A stretch of DNA of 64,000 nt from Lingula anatina (GCA_051362555.1 CM120647.1:5208001-5272000); one strand, 5' to 3'. Shown: positions 47,513 through 61,900, counted from the first letter of the stretch. Notes: generated by a model from the letters alone, not told the origin. Numbers and translations are program-made.

Positions 47513-47580
47513 AGATACGCCAGGACTTCAAAAATGCTGGACAAAACGGACTTATGCAGACATTTCTCGACTGCATTTAA
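47513..47580 (+). other. Probable 3' UTR exon or alternative terminal exon (start only)
   Basis: Strong acceptor ttttttttatatttgcag follows the donor at 47391. Confidence 0.5.
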
Positions 47581-48451
47581 ATATGCAGTTGTATATTATT
47601 CCCACTGATTATTAGTTAGCAGATTGAAAATAACAAAAAAATATAAAATATGGGAAAAAACTGTCGCAGCTTGCTTATTTACCAAATTCTTAAAACGCCA
47701 TTCACTTCTCAAATTAACTTGAAACTTTGCTGGTATTGAGGGTCATTATGTACTTATTTCAGTTTATGTAATTTAATAATATTCTAGTGGGGTGAAATAT
47801 TATGATATTTATATGTATTTATTAGTTTTAATATTTAAATATTAATGGGAAACATTCAGTTTGCTAGGAAGGCTTCAGGTCGTTTAGGTATGCCTTAAAT
47901 CATTTTTTCTTGATTCCCATAATACAATGGGTTGGTTAATTGATTTAATGATAAGTTAACCTGCCAGATTCCAAATGCACTACGTTATGCACCACTTCTG
48001 TTATTTAATATTTTAGTTGATTGATCTATCTTATTAAATATTCAGATTACAATAACATATCTTAATGTTCGTATGTACTCATTTGTTGTGATAAAGGAGT
48101 GGTTAGCTGTCTTGTAAAGTAGTCTTTCTACTTTATGCAAATAAAACTGTCGCAAATGCTTCACTTCGGTTGTTTTCCATGCCTTATTGCTAACTGTAAG
48201 TTTGGTAAGCACATAATTCCCCGATACCGTTATCAGTTTATAAAGTAACTAATTTTTGTACTACTCTTCATGCTTTCATTTGATGGTTTATACCGTTTCT
48301 AACCAAACAAATTAGTGTAGAACAGTTTCATTAGATATGTTATTGTAATAGACTTGTTATCAACCATTTTAAAACCTATAGCAACCTCCTTGCGACTGAG
48401 GTTGCAAAGAGGTTTCCAAAAGGTTGCAAGTGCAGTGTGACCCAGGCTTAA

Positions 48452-48745
48452 GCGGATGTTGATTGCTTCAAGAACTTTTCGGTGTAGATCTCGTGTCTCT
48501 CTTCCAAGATCTTTACTGTATGTCTTCTATGGTTGTTGATGTTATACAATACCCTGTCTGTTCCTGGTGTTGGCTGAGGGCAGATTTTTTATCATGTTTT
48601 TTTTTTTTTTTTATCGATTTTTGATGTTCAGCGATTATTTCTGTTAAGGAACGTCCTGTCTCTCCAATGTATTTCTCTTCACACACCTGACACTCACACT
48701 GGTATACGACTCCATACTGTTCTGCTGGGTCTAATTTGTCCTTAC
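48452..48745 (-). mobile_element. Penelope-like element, GIY-YIG endonuclease remnant
   Basis: GVVYQCECQVCEEKYIGETGRSL...EH...SALSQH...RKVLEAINIR. Confidence 0.85.
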
Positions 48746-48834
48746 CACTCCTAAGGGAGGGGCAGGCAAGGGGGGGAGCACTGACCAAATAGCACACCAG
48801 AGGGGGTGACAGTTTGTCACACCTGTCACAACCT

Positions 48835-48881
48835 CATTCCCTGATGAAATCTGACTGCAAGCAGATGAAATATTGGATGGT
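48835..48881 (+). ncRNA. Minimal type I hammerhead ribozyme motif in a Penelope pseudo-LTR
   Basis: CTGATGA-A-[ATCTG/CAGAT stem II]-GAAA-TATT, palindromic AATATT stem III, short stem I (TCC/GGA). Confidence 0.7.
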
Positions 48882-49439
48882 AAGTTCAAACTAATATAAA
48901 TAGCTATAGACAAAAGAATCTTCACAAGTCCAAACAACTTAGGTTATAAACGAGGAAAGATTTATGTAGGCCGCTATGGAATTGAAATGGCAGAGGGGTG
49001 TTTCATTCGGACATAACGCATAAAAAAACAATGTTGCTTTAGATACAAAAATATGCAGCAAATGACAAAAGGTATAAACTGACTTGTAAACCTAGCATTG
49101 ACAAAAACTCATCGCTTTAATAAAAGTTCGCAGTCTTTGCCCTCAAAAACACATCAGCATGTCACCTTGTGTGTACTCAACATGAATTAAAATTTGAAAA
49201 TGGCACGTTGGGAATCACAAGCAGATAATCAATTACGCTGTAAATAACAAAACCATGCCCTGAGTGTCAGGACACTATGAAGCTAGTTTGCTCACTATGC
49301 ATACCTTTTCGTGGGGAGCTTTACAGTGTCCCAGACGAATAGCAGCAATATTGAGTATCCGCCAATCACAGGAACTGATCTGCAATGGATCTTCAGTAAC
49401 AAGTCCAAAGTCAAACGTAAAGCACATGCACTTTTGCTT

Positions 49440-49780
49440 TATTTAATTTCATTTACTCTATTTGAGACGTAACTTGACAAATTAATAATATAGTTTTAAA
49501 AGAAAAATATATACCAGATGTTTTTTTTTCAACAAATATTTGCTCCTGAAGATATAAACACAATTGACGTGTGCAAAGTTTGACAGCTACACTGTATGCC
49601 TAATACCACTAAAATGACTGCACAATGGCTACACCAAAAATCAGTTTTTAAACCAGAAAGGTGCATGTGTTGCGGCACTGATTATATTCTTAGTTCAAAC
49701 TTCAAACTCCACGTCAGCCACTCTGTTTATTTGTCTCGTCTGCACTAGTTGACGTCAGCTCCAGGCGGGAAAGGCAGCTC
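49440..49780 (-). repeat. Interspersed repeat, inverted partner of 61480-61900
   Basis: Shared AAACTTCAAACTCC...GTCTCGTCTGCAC core. Confidence 0.65.
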
Positions 49781-49949
49781 CAGGCGGGACAGATCTGTGA
49801 CGTACTGTACTTAGTTTGCAGATTACATGACCGTATCAGCTGCGGACGCCAACGACCCGCTTTACGGATACCACTCTTTACCTACTTCATTTCTCGCGTT
49901 TACAAGGGCTAAACAAGACGAAGTACGTCAAACATAAGTATTAAACCGG

Positions 49950-50520
49950 CATTTTGTTCCTTGTGTTGTTTGTCAGTGTGACGATTTCAAGATAATGGAC
50001 GTGTCAGCGCGAATCGCGTTGGTGAACAGACGCAAGTTATGTTTCAATTGTTTAGACGCGGACCCTATTCCCCATGTGCAAAGTGTCCGGTTGTGCTTAT
50101 TAGCACTCGAGATTACTTCACGTATTTTCCGAAACAATTCATGTTGATCGTGACTAATATTAGTGTTCGGTCAATTGAGGCGGAGGGTTATTTAAATGCG
50201 TCAGCGTGCTTTTTTACAGCATCGGTCTCTGTGACTTTGCCCATTGTTACAGTGAGAGTGAATGACAAGATAAAAGCACTCGCGCTTTTAGATAGCGGGT
50301 CAACGTCTACTTTTATATCACAGCACTTGGCTTCTTCTCTTTGCCTCGATCGATACAAAAGATGACGTGCAGTGTCGGCTAAGTACGCTTGACCGTTCAA
50401 GGTCTATTAGGTCGGCTGCTGTTCCAATTGACGTGCCTCCTTGCAGCGACGCTACGAAGACGTACCACTTATCGAATGTGTTACTTGTCCCAACTATATA
50501 AGTTCGAGCAAACCAACCTA
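49950..50520 (+). mobile_element. Bel/Pao LTR retrotransposon gag-protease remnant
   Basis: RRKLCFNCL knuckle followed by VTLPIVTV...ALLDSGSTSTFI. Confidence 0.75.
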
Positions 50521-51849
50521 TCCATGTGTCAGCTTCCCCGCATCTACCAGATATAAATATTGTTCTTTATGCCTTATGCATTGCCTCCTAGCAGATAAAG
50601 AGTATCGATTGACTACAAAACAAACAAACCTCACATTTAATGGGTCTTTGCCCTAGGTTTCACACCTCTCACCCTTTACAAGTTAAGCTATTCATAAGTG
50701 CAGTCATACTATCACCACATCAACAGTATTGTGGTTCAAAAGAGCTTTAGCCACTGACTCACGTACACACGTACTAAACAACAGTGATCAATTGGCACAC
50801 GTACACTTTCTACAGATAATGTCCATCAATATACTTTAATTGATCGGCTTTTTATCTTTTATGTCAATCTGTTAAAGCAATAATAACTCTTCGTTTCGGC
50901 CAAAAAATGAATTTTCCTGGAGTAAACAACAATTTTCCCATACTTACCAATGGTTAATGAATCCATTTTTACATTCAAAGTTAGTCCCTGGTTTTTTTCT
51001 AAAAAGTTTGGTTTTTTGTTAAAATCTCTTAAGAGATTTTAACAGAGTATAGACATCAATGGAGGTCACGTGGTCTAAAGACAAGTTCAAATATCAGAAT
51101 AAAAGCTATAACTGCTGTTTTTGTGGTAAAACAGAATATATTATATTTCTATGAGTTATTCACAAGGTTTTTATTGTGAAATATAGGTCTCATACAAAGA
51201 GTTATTATGCCTTTAAGTTATAATACTCATACCCATACCCGTCATAATCCGTCGTCAGGCTTAAATGAGAGTATTGGATTTTTAATAAAGTTTGCAATAG
51301 CTTTTATTTTGTATTTTTTTCATTACTAATACTCTTTTGTCCAATAAATATTTTTTAACCTGACCACATTTATGTGGCTATATAAATGTTCACAGCCACA
51401 ACGAAGCTGGTTTTACTGAAATGCTAAGAGTCCATATGAGTGAAAACGGTCAATTATTAATGACGAAGGATAATAACATAGAAAGTTACAAAATAGATGG
51501 ATAATTATACATCCCCAGTACTATATAACTGCCATAACATAACGTTGATAAAGTGGGTTATTGAGTACAACCAATATTAATTAAAATAATATGTGAAACA
51601 ACAACAGCCATAGAAGCAAAAAGCTAACACAACTGATACATACAAGGCCACCTTATTTACATAATTGGGGGATTATCATAGATACCCATTCTAAAGAACT
51701 ATAGTAATATTAATAACAAAGTTTGGTTTAATGAGTGCAACCTACATTAAGAAAATTGACAGCATGAAAGCTGTGTGAAACAACAAAAGCTGGCACAAAC
51801 CTTAACTAAAGGCTCAGAATAGTGCAAAAAAAAGTAATAACAATAATAA

Positions 51850-51900
<51 letters not shown>

Positions 51901-54900
51901 AGGTCAGAAAGCAGGTGATAGCCAGATGATGTTGGAGGGTGAACAAATAAAAATGAAATAACAAAGTAATATTCCAGTGTAGCAGCTATTACTGCACTAG
52001 ATAACGGTGCGGGTAAATATCACTGCAGCTACCTGTAAAATGCTGCATAAATGGCTCCTTAATGAGGTAGCTCAATAGGAATAGCTACCAAACACATTGA
52101 TCATAACAAACACATGCCCCAAAGACTATTCCCTATCAATATAATGTTTATGTATATATAATTGTTACTACCACTAGTAAGCATTCCCTACATAAATATA
52201 ACTTATTAAATCTTATTTGTTCTTTTTAGAGTCATTTTATAATGTATATTCTAACGGTTTTATTACGTGATTTTATTATGTGAATTATTTTTGCGACTGC
52301 ATGTATGTACTATATATGTCTTTCACCCTGGTAATAATGAAGAGATGATAATAAATGTTTATAAATATGGAAATAAAGAAATAAAGAAATTAATTAATTT
52401 ATTAATATAAGCCTGACGACCTTTGAATCTGAAGCCATCATAAATTTCTAGCACACAGCTTTGGCTATACAGCATCGGGAGCAAATAAATTAATCTAGAA
52501 GTATCTTTGACAGTGTCACATGATGAATAAGCTGGTTGCCAATCACTTTTATATATATACATATACTTTATCGCTGCTCACTTATTTGCAAGTTGCCGTG
52601 GGTCCATTAAGCCATCCAAGAAGACTGATAGCGTAAAGACAATCTATAGAAGAATACACAGTTATTCAAGTTATCCAAGTAAAGCAAGATTCTTCTTGGT
52701 AAGTGTGGATTTTTTTTATTTTTCTACATGCAATAGCAAATCGAAGCCTAACTCTGCTCAGTTTTCTGTATCGTTATAGAAAATATAAAGAGAATGGTTT
52801 CGGAATTCTTTCATCCTTGAGCGAGTCCATTGAGGGAAACACTTGTCTTAGTGGGCTTACTTTGGTGCTGTCGTTTTAAGTGACAACTGATGAGCACCTT
52901 AAAATAGGGGAATAGCTTTGGGCTCGTCCAGCTGCATTCAGTATGTACCCTGTGCTATATTTCTGAACATTTACCTGTGGAACAGAGAAATATGAAGGTA
53001 GTTGGAGAAGCTTTTGATGAAAAGAGATATATAGAGCTTCATATGTACATTTTGCTCGAACGAAATGATAATTTGCAAAGTGTGGGTTATATGTGAGTTC
53101 GGGTAAATGAATTTGTGAATACAAAATTAAAGTTTTGGACTGGAGGAGAATTAAACCATTATTTCATTTAATGCATTTCCTATAATTTAGTTCAATGTAC
53201 ATTAGTTATAAGGAGCGTGCTTGAAGCTAAAACTAAGAACCTGTAGTCTGTGTATGTGTACTGCGTAATTTTGTAATAATAAAAAAGAAATTGAGTAAGA
53301 AATGTATACATAGTAGCTTCAACGCAAGCATTCATGATGATAATGTATTTTATACACTTACATGTGAAGTTCGGTCAAGAGTTGTGAAACCTAAATCACC
53401 CAAACGTTATAAATATATATATGAAATGTAATTCTTATCTATTAATATTCTACGACAAACCTAAAAATCACGTCCTGTGTTGTAAATTAAAGTATAGTGT
53501 GAACTGAATAGTGACTGTTATTTTTCTCATTAAAACAACGACTTATGGAAACGCACAACTCCTATATCTATTATGGGTAAATGGTATATTATGCGGGTGC
53601 TTTTATTTCGAAAAACGACAGGCAACTCAAAGATCATGACTGACTCTTAGTTACCTTGATCTGCAGTGCAGTACCGGACTCCCTGTGACATCAAGTAGTA
53701 GTTTTACTCGAAAATTCTGCCGTGTCCCAGGCACCAAGCATTGTACTTAACAGAATTTGATTTAAAAGGCAGCACGTTTCTTTTTCTTTACCACCGTTAA
53801 ATAAAATCCGTTCATATTTGCTTTTTACAATGCATTTGGTTTTCTTTACCTGAGCGCCATTATGTGAATATGCCACTAAATTATACAAGGTAAGCTGTCA
53901 ATTTTTTACTTGACTTTTGTTTCCCGGTTGTCTTGGTTTGTTTTCTTACTAGCGGAATCTTAGAAAGGTTCAGCAGTGCACGTAACTGTAATAAAAGTTG
54001 GGTAACATAAAGAGCCGGTACATCAGCCAGGACACACATTAATATAAACCTTTCTATTTGAGTATTATTTCGGCTCTTATGGTAAATGGTGACAATTGCA
54101 TTTAAGATATGATGGCAAGCTGCAGTAAGCCCCCCCCCCACCCCTATACGCGATGTCTGTCATTTGCTATATGTGTGTTGAAAATGGAAACGCAATGGTT
54201 TCCGAACATAAGGGAAAATGGCGTTGATGACAGAGCATAGTGGAGTTAATATAAAGCGTATTTTTAATAGGTTTTACAATTAAGAGTGTTTTGGGTACCA
54301 CCGGACCAATCTTATTTACTTAACAAAATCAGTATAGATGGCAAAGCATATCTTCTTCATTATCACTGTTAAATTAATATCGTTGATATATAATTATTAC
54401 TATCAATATTTTTTGTAATATTTATTAAATTTAATTTGTGTTTTTTTAAGCTGAACGTCATTGGGTTTAAAGGACGATTTCATCCTGTTTGAGCAATGAT
54501 AAAAGTATTGTTTAACATTAGATTGCACGCTGCAGTAGTCCCCCCCCCCTTTTTTTTTTTAGCTCCAGAACTGCAGCCTTGACGCTTAATAAAAAATGAC
54601 GACAATAGAATTTAGCATTGCAAGCCGCAGCGAGCCCCCCACCCAACCCCACCGCCCTTTGAGCGACGTATATCATTTATTTTGAATGTTGTGAAAATGG
54701 ATGCACGTTTTTCTGAGAAACTGAAGACAAAACAAGCGTTGATGACAACGATAGGGGTGTTAATGGGACTTTGCATTTATTTTAAGGATTTTAATCACAT
54801 TAGCTCTGATTAATAGAGATTTTTACTACAGTGAATAGAATGTCTCAAAGGCATATGCCTTACAAGTACAATGGGAAGATGGGTGGTTTTATTCACTTTG

Positions 54901-55046
54901 ACGTTTAAAAAATTATGTCTCTTCAGTTTTAAAAGCATAGTGCTTAGCTTTTCTCGTGCAATAATATAGCATTGTATTTAGTTAAACAGTTAAGTGTTAA
55001 TTGCTCCTGAGTATATTCTGGACACCACTTGTCCCCTCTTCACATA

Positions 55047-55093
<47 letters not shown>

Positions 55094-55336
55094 AAACAGT
55101 CTGGTTTCCTGCCAAAGAGCTTGTTTACCAGCGTCATAAAGTCCATAAGTCACTAGGTCTCGTTTCACAAAAAATCTAAAAGGGCGCTTACGTTGTTTTT
55201 AATTAGCTGCTAGTCGACGAAGCTAAGCCTCCTCGGGAGTTGCCTTAAGTCTGCTAGCACCACTAAAACTCGGTAAAGGAGAACATAATCACATAACTTT
55301 GGAAAGTACATCCCGTCAATGTATTGTGCTACAATA

Positions 55337-55620
55337 CCCGCATGAAAACGCAGTAGATACTACAGCGCAGTAGACCACTGCAATCATACTCCAAACATGC
55401 CTAAAACCTGCTTCGATTTGGGAGCTAATTAGCATATTTGAAGCGTGCTTCTGTTATGTTGGTAATCTACTGCATAAATGCTCCTCTCTGTACAAACCTA
55501 TGTACTTTTTGCAGTAGGCTAGCAGTAGGCTAAAATGCATTTATACTGTAAATATGCTCCACACCACTACTGCGTTAATGCTTCTTTGCTAACTTCGATC
55601 CTACTGCATTTCCGTGCGGG
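55337..55620 (-). mobile_element. 284-bp MITE, copy 3 (more diverged)
   Basis: TA|CCCGCATGAAAA...TTTCCGTGCGGG|TA. Confidence 0.85.
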
Positions 55621-55960
55621 TATCTTGAATGTTACTGAAATATATATATATACAGGGGTATATATATATATATATAACAAACGGAAACATCACGTACTCT
55701 TCTATACTATACTGTGACCTGAAAGGTGTCGCCATTTTAACAATTAAGACAACGACTAATGGAAATCCTCAGCTTTAAATTCAATACTAGTTGACGGATT
55801 ATTTGTGGCTTATGCGGGTATCCATTAGTTCGAAAACAGCGGAGCAGTCCACGCTTATTTTGCCTTAATTGCCTTGACCCGCGTGAGTGGGTTTGCTACC
55901 CCCCCCCCCCCCCCCCCGAAATGGTATTCTAAGACCACACTTTAGCCTCTCCTTTGATAA

Positions 55961-56183
55961 AGCCCCCTTTACACTGGACGGCGTCCTTTCTGCGTCCAGC
56001 AGTACGGCCCCATTTTAGAGTTAAAAAATTATAATATTTTACATCCCGACAACTGGCTGATCATTGAGCATTCATTCTGATACAAAATCAATGCTCGTAC
56101 CTCCTTATTAAGACCACAGCGATGCCAAATTTCATGGTCGCAGAAAGGACGCAGAAAGAACGCCGTCCAGTGTAAAGGGGGTA
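55961..56183. mobile_element. PIF/Harbinger-type MITE
   Basis: ~35-bp TIR CCCCCTTTACACTGGACGGCGT(C/T)CTTTCTGCGTCC, TAA TSD. Confidence 0.8.
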
Positions 56184-56541
56184 TAAGGAATTACTTTGTC
56201 AGCCTTTAGGTAAGGGACACTGACATAAAGGAGCTCCTCATTGGTTAAAGTAGGCCTCTGTGACACCATCCTCGTCATAAACGCCTCAGTAATGTTGTAT
56301 AATTGGGGTCAACTGGTCAACTTCAATCACGCAACAGTGCATATGGACATTATCACTGCATGTGGATGTTTTGATCTAAGCCAATCTATTGATCTAAGTG
56401 ACAATTTACCAAAAAAAGCAACTAATAAATAAATAAATAATGATAAAATGATAAAGAATAGTAATAAGTAAATAAAGTAGCTGAAGCCGTCTTTCGAGAA
56501 ACGGAACCTTACAAAGAAATCGTCATCGGTGAAGTGCGGAT

Positions 56542-57881
56542 CGGTAAGCACCTACTTGGCTTATTTTTGGTGTCCTGGATAAGACTTTAGAAATATTTAA
56601 TATTTTCTTTCTTTGCCAACTCTAAGTCCTGCTGTCGTTTTAAATGACAACTGTGAAGATAGGATAATACCGGTAACTAAAAGCTCGATCAGCGGCAAAC
56701 ACTTTCACTATATTTTGGAACATTTAGAACGAAGAAATAGAAAGGAAGTTACCCCGTACACGTATATTGTTACTGTTATGTTGGAAATGGCAGAGTCATC
56801 TACCTCTGGCTAGGAGTTCAACTCTCTTGATGTACATGTATATAGGCCCTTGTGTATAATGAACGTAACAGCTGAATTTTCTTTTGAGAACTTTTAATAT
56901 TCATGGGTCAAAAATATCGCAAATCAATGTCTATATATCTACGATAATTAAACATTCGGGAAATATTTACGAATGTTAGAAATTGTATTTTTTTTTTCTT
57001 TTTAGTACGAAGGGATAAACATAGCTACATGTGTACAATTTGCTCAATTGAAAGGATAATTTGCAAAGTGTGGTTTACCTGTATATTCAGCTACATGAAT
57101 TTGAGGATACAAAATAACACTTATGGAATGGGGAAAAATTAAAGGTGCTCATATCGAAAACAACCAATCATTTTATGCAGCGAGATAGAGCATGTTTTGA
57201 ACAAAATGTAGCATAGTGCAGGACACATTACCCATTTTACCATCTAATCATTTAGTGCATTTCCTCTAAATTAGTTCAATTCATGTAAGTTATGTGTAGT
57301 GAGCTTAAACGTAACATCAAAAGCATATAGTTTGTGTATGTGTACTACGTAATTTTATTATGATAAATTAATAATAAACAGATGTAAGAAACGTATGTTG
57401 CATCATAGTGTAAATAAGACAAAGGTAGCATGCATGGTAGCTTAAGCGCACAGTCAACCATGGCAACCATCTGCAGGCAACCATGATGATAATGTAGAAT
57501 GTGCACCTTACACGTGAAATTCGGTCAAGAGTTGCGAAACCAAAATGTCCCTGACGTTACATCCACGCGTTATAAAATATCAGAAATGAATTTATATAAT
57601 ATTCATATTCTATGAGAAACCTAAAAACCAAGTTCTGTGCTTTAGAGTATATTATACTGTGAAATAAAGCGTGACTGTTATTTTTACCATTAAAACAACG
57701 ACTAATAGAAACACACAACTCTATAATGGTTGTTTGGTATTTTATACGGGTGCTCTTAATTCGAAAAACAGCAGGCAACGCAAAGATCATGATTGACTCT
57801 GAGTTACCTTGATCTGCAGTAGCAGGACCGTTAGTCTTCTCTCGGGCTCCCTGAAACATTACGTAGGATTTTAGTAGAACA
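56542..57881 (+). repeat. Segmental duplication block, copy of 4510-5862
   Basis: Collinear high similarity; ORFs 5538..5771 and 57557..57904 are near-identical. Confidence 0.9.
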
Positions 57882-58739
57882 TTTTGACGAGTACCACGCA
57901 CCAAACATTGACCATCCTCAACTGTTTACGGGAGTTTAAAGTTTGAATCATATAGGGACTAAAACACCCTTATAATAATACAATTGGCGATAAGATTAAT
58001 GATAACTGAGATTATTGAACTTTGCCTAATTCATTAAGAACATTTTATGTTTATACACTACATTATAATGTAGTCCAGTGTAGTCCAGTAATTCTACAAT
58101 TATTTCAGTTCTTTCCTTCGTCAAAAACTACAAATACCGGCCATTCAATTGAATTCAATTAACGGAGTTGGTGTCCAATCTCAGTCCACACGTTTTCGCT
58201 TTAATTGCAGTCAAGGCTCTCCGGTATAATTCGAAACTAATCAATATCATGTTCTTCATAACTGTTGTTGTCTGGGTTTCATGGTGTGTTTTCTTAGAAG
58301 AAGGATTTTAAACAGTCACCAGTGCATGAACCTCAGGTAAAGGCTGCCTAAGGCAACATACCGCTCCAGCACAGGGGCGGGGTACACACTGATAACAATC
58401 ATTTTAAGGCATGGTTTCAGATTGTTTGGCAAATGGTAACGAGCGCTTTTAATAAGAGTTTGCAATCTGCAGTAAGAAGTGCCTTTAAACAGTGTTTAGA
58501 CATTTGCTTTTAATGAGTTTAAAACCATGCAGGCCTACCCAACTACCAGACTCGGCACCGAATGATCCAGAATTCACCGGCAAATCGGACCACACTACCC
58601 GTTTTCAAGGTGTGTATCAGTACGCATTTCACAGTATCAGACGCGACACCGCTCTTGCCTAGTACGCGATGTGATAGTGACGATTCTCAGCGGGGTTGAA
58701 AAGCATTGCATCACCACTTAAAATTTGTTCAGGATATGC

Positions 58740-58993
58740 TACTGTGTAATGCGATCTGACAGAAAACACAGTGAAACATTGGATTTGAGGGGGTGCCTCT
58801 TATAAATTTTACTAAATGGCATAAAATGTGTATATTTTCATCACTATTTTGTATTTGTTTTAACCCTTAATCATGTTAGACACGGTATCTGGAATAAAAA
58901 GCACTATTTCTAACAATTTACGGCTGTGAAGTGATCTTTTGTAACTAAAAGGTCATGGAAATGGGGGTGGGACAACCTTTTTGACCAATGTTG
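58740..58993. mobile_element. Solo end of Tc1 family B
   Basis: GGGTGGGACAACCTTTTTGACCAATGTTG|TA terminus. Confidence 0.7.
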
Positions 58994-59109
58994 TATGATA
59001 ATGTATGTTCAGGGTCATTTTTTTGCAGCGTTCCGATATATATTTTTGTGATTCAGTCATGGTTATTTAAACAAGTGATGTAAGATTTTTTTTTCATATA
59101 GGTATTTAA

Positions 59110-60755
59110 ACTTTAACTCAAGGGGCTTGGTGTCGTGGCAAATACTAGGTTACGTATGTTCCCCAGTAAAAAATATCAAAAAAGATTAAGGCAAAAAAAA
59201 ATAAATAAATAAAATAAATAAAATTAAATTAAATTTAAAAAAAATGTGATTCCATGATTGTTTGGCATTTCTGGTATAGTAGTTGGATCATGAGGGAAAA
59301 TAGGTATTGCTTATTTTACTGTGGGTACAGTGCATCTTCCTTTTTTAACATTCAGTGACAAGCAAACTAAAGTCTCTCAAAAGCAATTAACTGCTCTATA
59401 TGGAAGGTTATTTTATTCTTTTTCAACATTATACTTGAGGGAGTTGAATCAAAGAACAAAACCAGTGATGATTGCATTTAAAGTAAATAAAAGGTTTCAT
59501 AGCTGGACGTTTTGTCAGTTGTCAGTTCTTTTTGGGGATAGACGATGAATTTTTTTTTTCATGCTTCCAACAGAGTGATACTTTGATACATACTTTTTCA
59601 TGTGGGACCCTAAAATAATTAAACTTAGTTTGCAATCTGTGCATTAAATGTTTTCAAGAGCATGCCTGTGACCTCAATTGCACCTCTATGTTGAATGTGG
59701 GTGCTAAGCGCCATTATGTTTTCCCGCACCTTATCTGTAAGGTGCCAATTAGTCCATAAGCTGAGCCTTAACATATTCTTCCTTAAGCAAAACCGATCAA
59801 GAGAATTTAACCCATGAAACTGGAAACGGTTTTAAACAACTGCTTCCCATTCTGTTGGTAAAGTTGACCGCATGACGCTTTAAAAAAAATGAAGAATAAT
59901 ATATAATTTTTGGAGAAATGGACGCCAATATCAATTGTTTCCTTTTGGGAGGGGGGTGAAAATTGATTATTTTCTGGTGTTGTTTTGGTGACAAAAGATA
60001 ACACAGAAGATCGCACATTTTTTTCAATGAACTCCAAGATGAAGAGATAAGAGTTTATTCAGCCATTAATATATAAATATAAAAATTCATATAAAACGGA
60101 AATTGGACTGTTATTCGGGTTACAAATTAAATGTCATAAAATGACACTGAACCTGCCATTTCTGAACAGAAAAGGGCGGTAGGTCATGTGGATGTGCATT
60201 CAGTGGAACCGATCTTAAGTCCGAGTTGTTGGCAATGTCGTACCTAGCGTAAAATTCATTCAGCTTGTGGGGAAGTGCTGTGTCGTCGTCACTCAGTACG
60301 TGTGTTGGACTTTTGTATTTAGTGGGTGATGACATGTTTGACCATAGCTGTCTTATGTTATTGGTTTTGTCTGTTTTTGGATATCCCTAGAATAATACCA
60401 CTACTACTATTACTACTAATAATAAAAAACAATTGTATTAACGTCTCTTGTTAATAAAATAAAATAAAATAAAACCCACCTTACCAAGGGTTATGAGAGA
60501 CTAGAACCTGTGGTACTACATTTAAAATCCATATATTTTTTTAAAAGTACAACTTATCAATTAAACACATAAAAAGGACATTATATATAAAACTTTTCAA
60601 ACACACTTTATTGTTAGCTTTGCTTCTTTTCCACAACACTGTGTGTACTTGTCTTGCTGTATAAAATTGTATTTGGTCGTTTTGCATAATAAATATAAAC
60701 GTTTCATACCCATTAAAAGCATTCAAATGTCCGTCTATTTGAATGACAAGGTTAA
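59110..60755 (+). repeat. Duplication block matching 6150-6590 plus 12050-12820; shorter copy at ~30450-30770
   Basis: Collinear homology visible by eye. Confidence 0.8.
60042..60379 (-). mobile_element. Short LINE (Rex1/L2-like) fragment
   Basis: LPHKLNEFYARYD motif, AATAAA tail; absent from the paralogous site at ~12440. Confidence 0.6.
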
Positions 60756-61225
60756 GGTGTTCAGGGTGGTAGAGGATACGTCATGGTCTGGGGCGGTTTC
60801 TCATATGAAGAAAAATTGCCACTGTACGTCATTTAAGGGAGGTTCACCGGTCAACGATATGGGGACGAAATTCTGTTGAGGCGCATTCAACCATACATTC
60901 TAACAAATCCAGCATTTTGGTGCAGGTCAAAGCGCCCATTCACAAAACACGGGTCATGGAAGACGCGCTGCAACAGCATGGCATCTCCGTTATGGATTGG
61001 ATGGCATATTCACCAGATGTCAATGTAATAGAACATGCTTGGTTTATGATTGGCAGAGCAGTAAATGAGAGACAACCTCCAGTGAGAAACATTAGAGAAC
61101 TAAAGCAGGCTGTGATTGAAGAATGGGACCGGCTCCCAATGCAAGATTTACATAATTTGGTTGCAAGTTGCAGGAGACGACGTGAAGCTGTTGTTCAGAA
61201 CCAGGGAGGACACACCCGATATTGA
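60756..61225 (+). mobile_element. Tc1 transposase C-terminal (DDE) remnant
   Basis: MDWMAYSPDVNVIEHAW...EEWDRLP...GGHTRY*. Confidence 0.85.
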
Positions 61226-61479
61226 CTCCATAATAGAAGATTAATCATCTGTTATCTACAGTCTTTTTTTATTTAAACCAATTCTTAATTGATTGAATCG
61301 TAAATCTTATTTTTTTATGATCCTATGCTTTACTCAATTGATAAAGGCCACCGGCCCATAGCAAATACATCAACTGACTCTAGTGAATACCGTCAACTTG
61401 GAGGCGTTGTACGGGGAAATTCTTCCTGGGGCGCTTCCATATTTGGAAGTCACAATTTTTGTACGTCACAGCCATGTGC

Positions 61480-61771
61480 CGCCTGGAGCTGCATTCCCGC
61501 CTTGCGCTGACGTTATCTCGTGCAGACGAGACAAGAAGTAAAGTGGCTGATGCGGAGTTTGAAGTTTTAAACTAAGAATATCTTGCAGTCAGAACCACAA
61601 CACAAGCAACATTCTGCTTCAAAAAATGATTTTGGTCTAGCCATTGCGTGGCCCTTATAGTGGTATCAGGCATACACTGGTGTAGCTGTCAAATTTGGCA
61701 CACGGCAAGCACGTGTATTGTTTTTATCATCTTCAGGAGCAAATATTTTTTTGGTAAGCAAAAAGTATATA

Positions 61772-61823
<52 letters not shown>

Positions 61824-61900
61824 GATATATATTTTTCTTTTGGAAACTTTATTTATTGTTCACTTTACATCTTAAAAATAGCAAATAAAATTAAATAAAG
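61480..61900 (+). repeat. Interspersed repeat, partner of 49440-49780
   Basis: Reverse-complement homology over more than 300 bp. Confidence 0.65.

Noticed and set aside
56480-56543. Exon-like AEAVFRETEPYKEIVIGEVRI followed by gtaagc
   Set aside because: No good acceptor or partner exons; too short to support.
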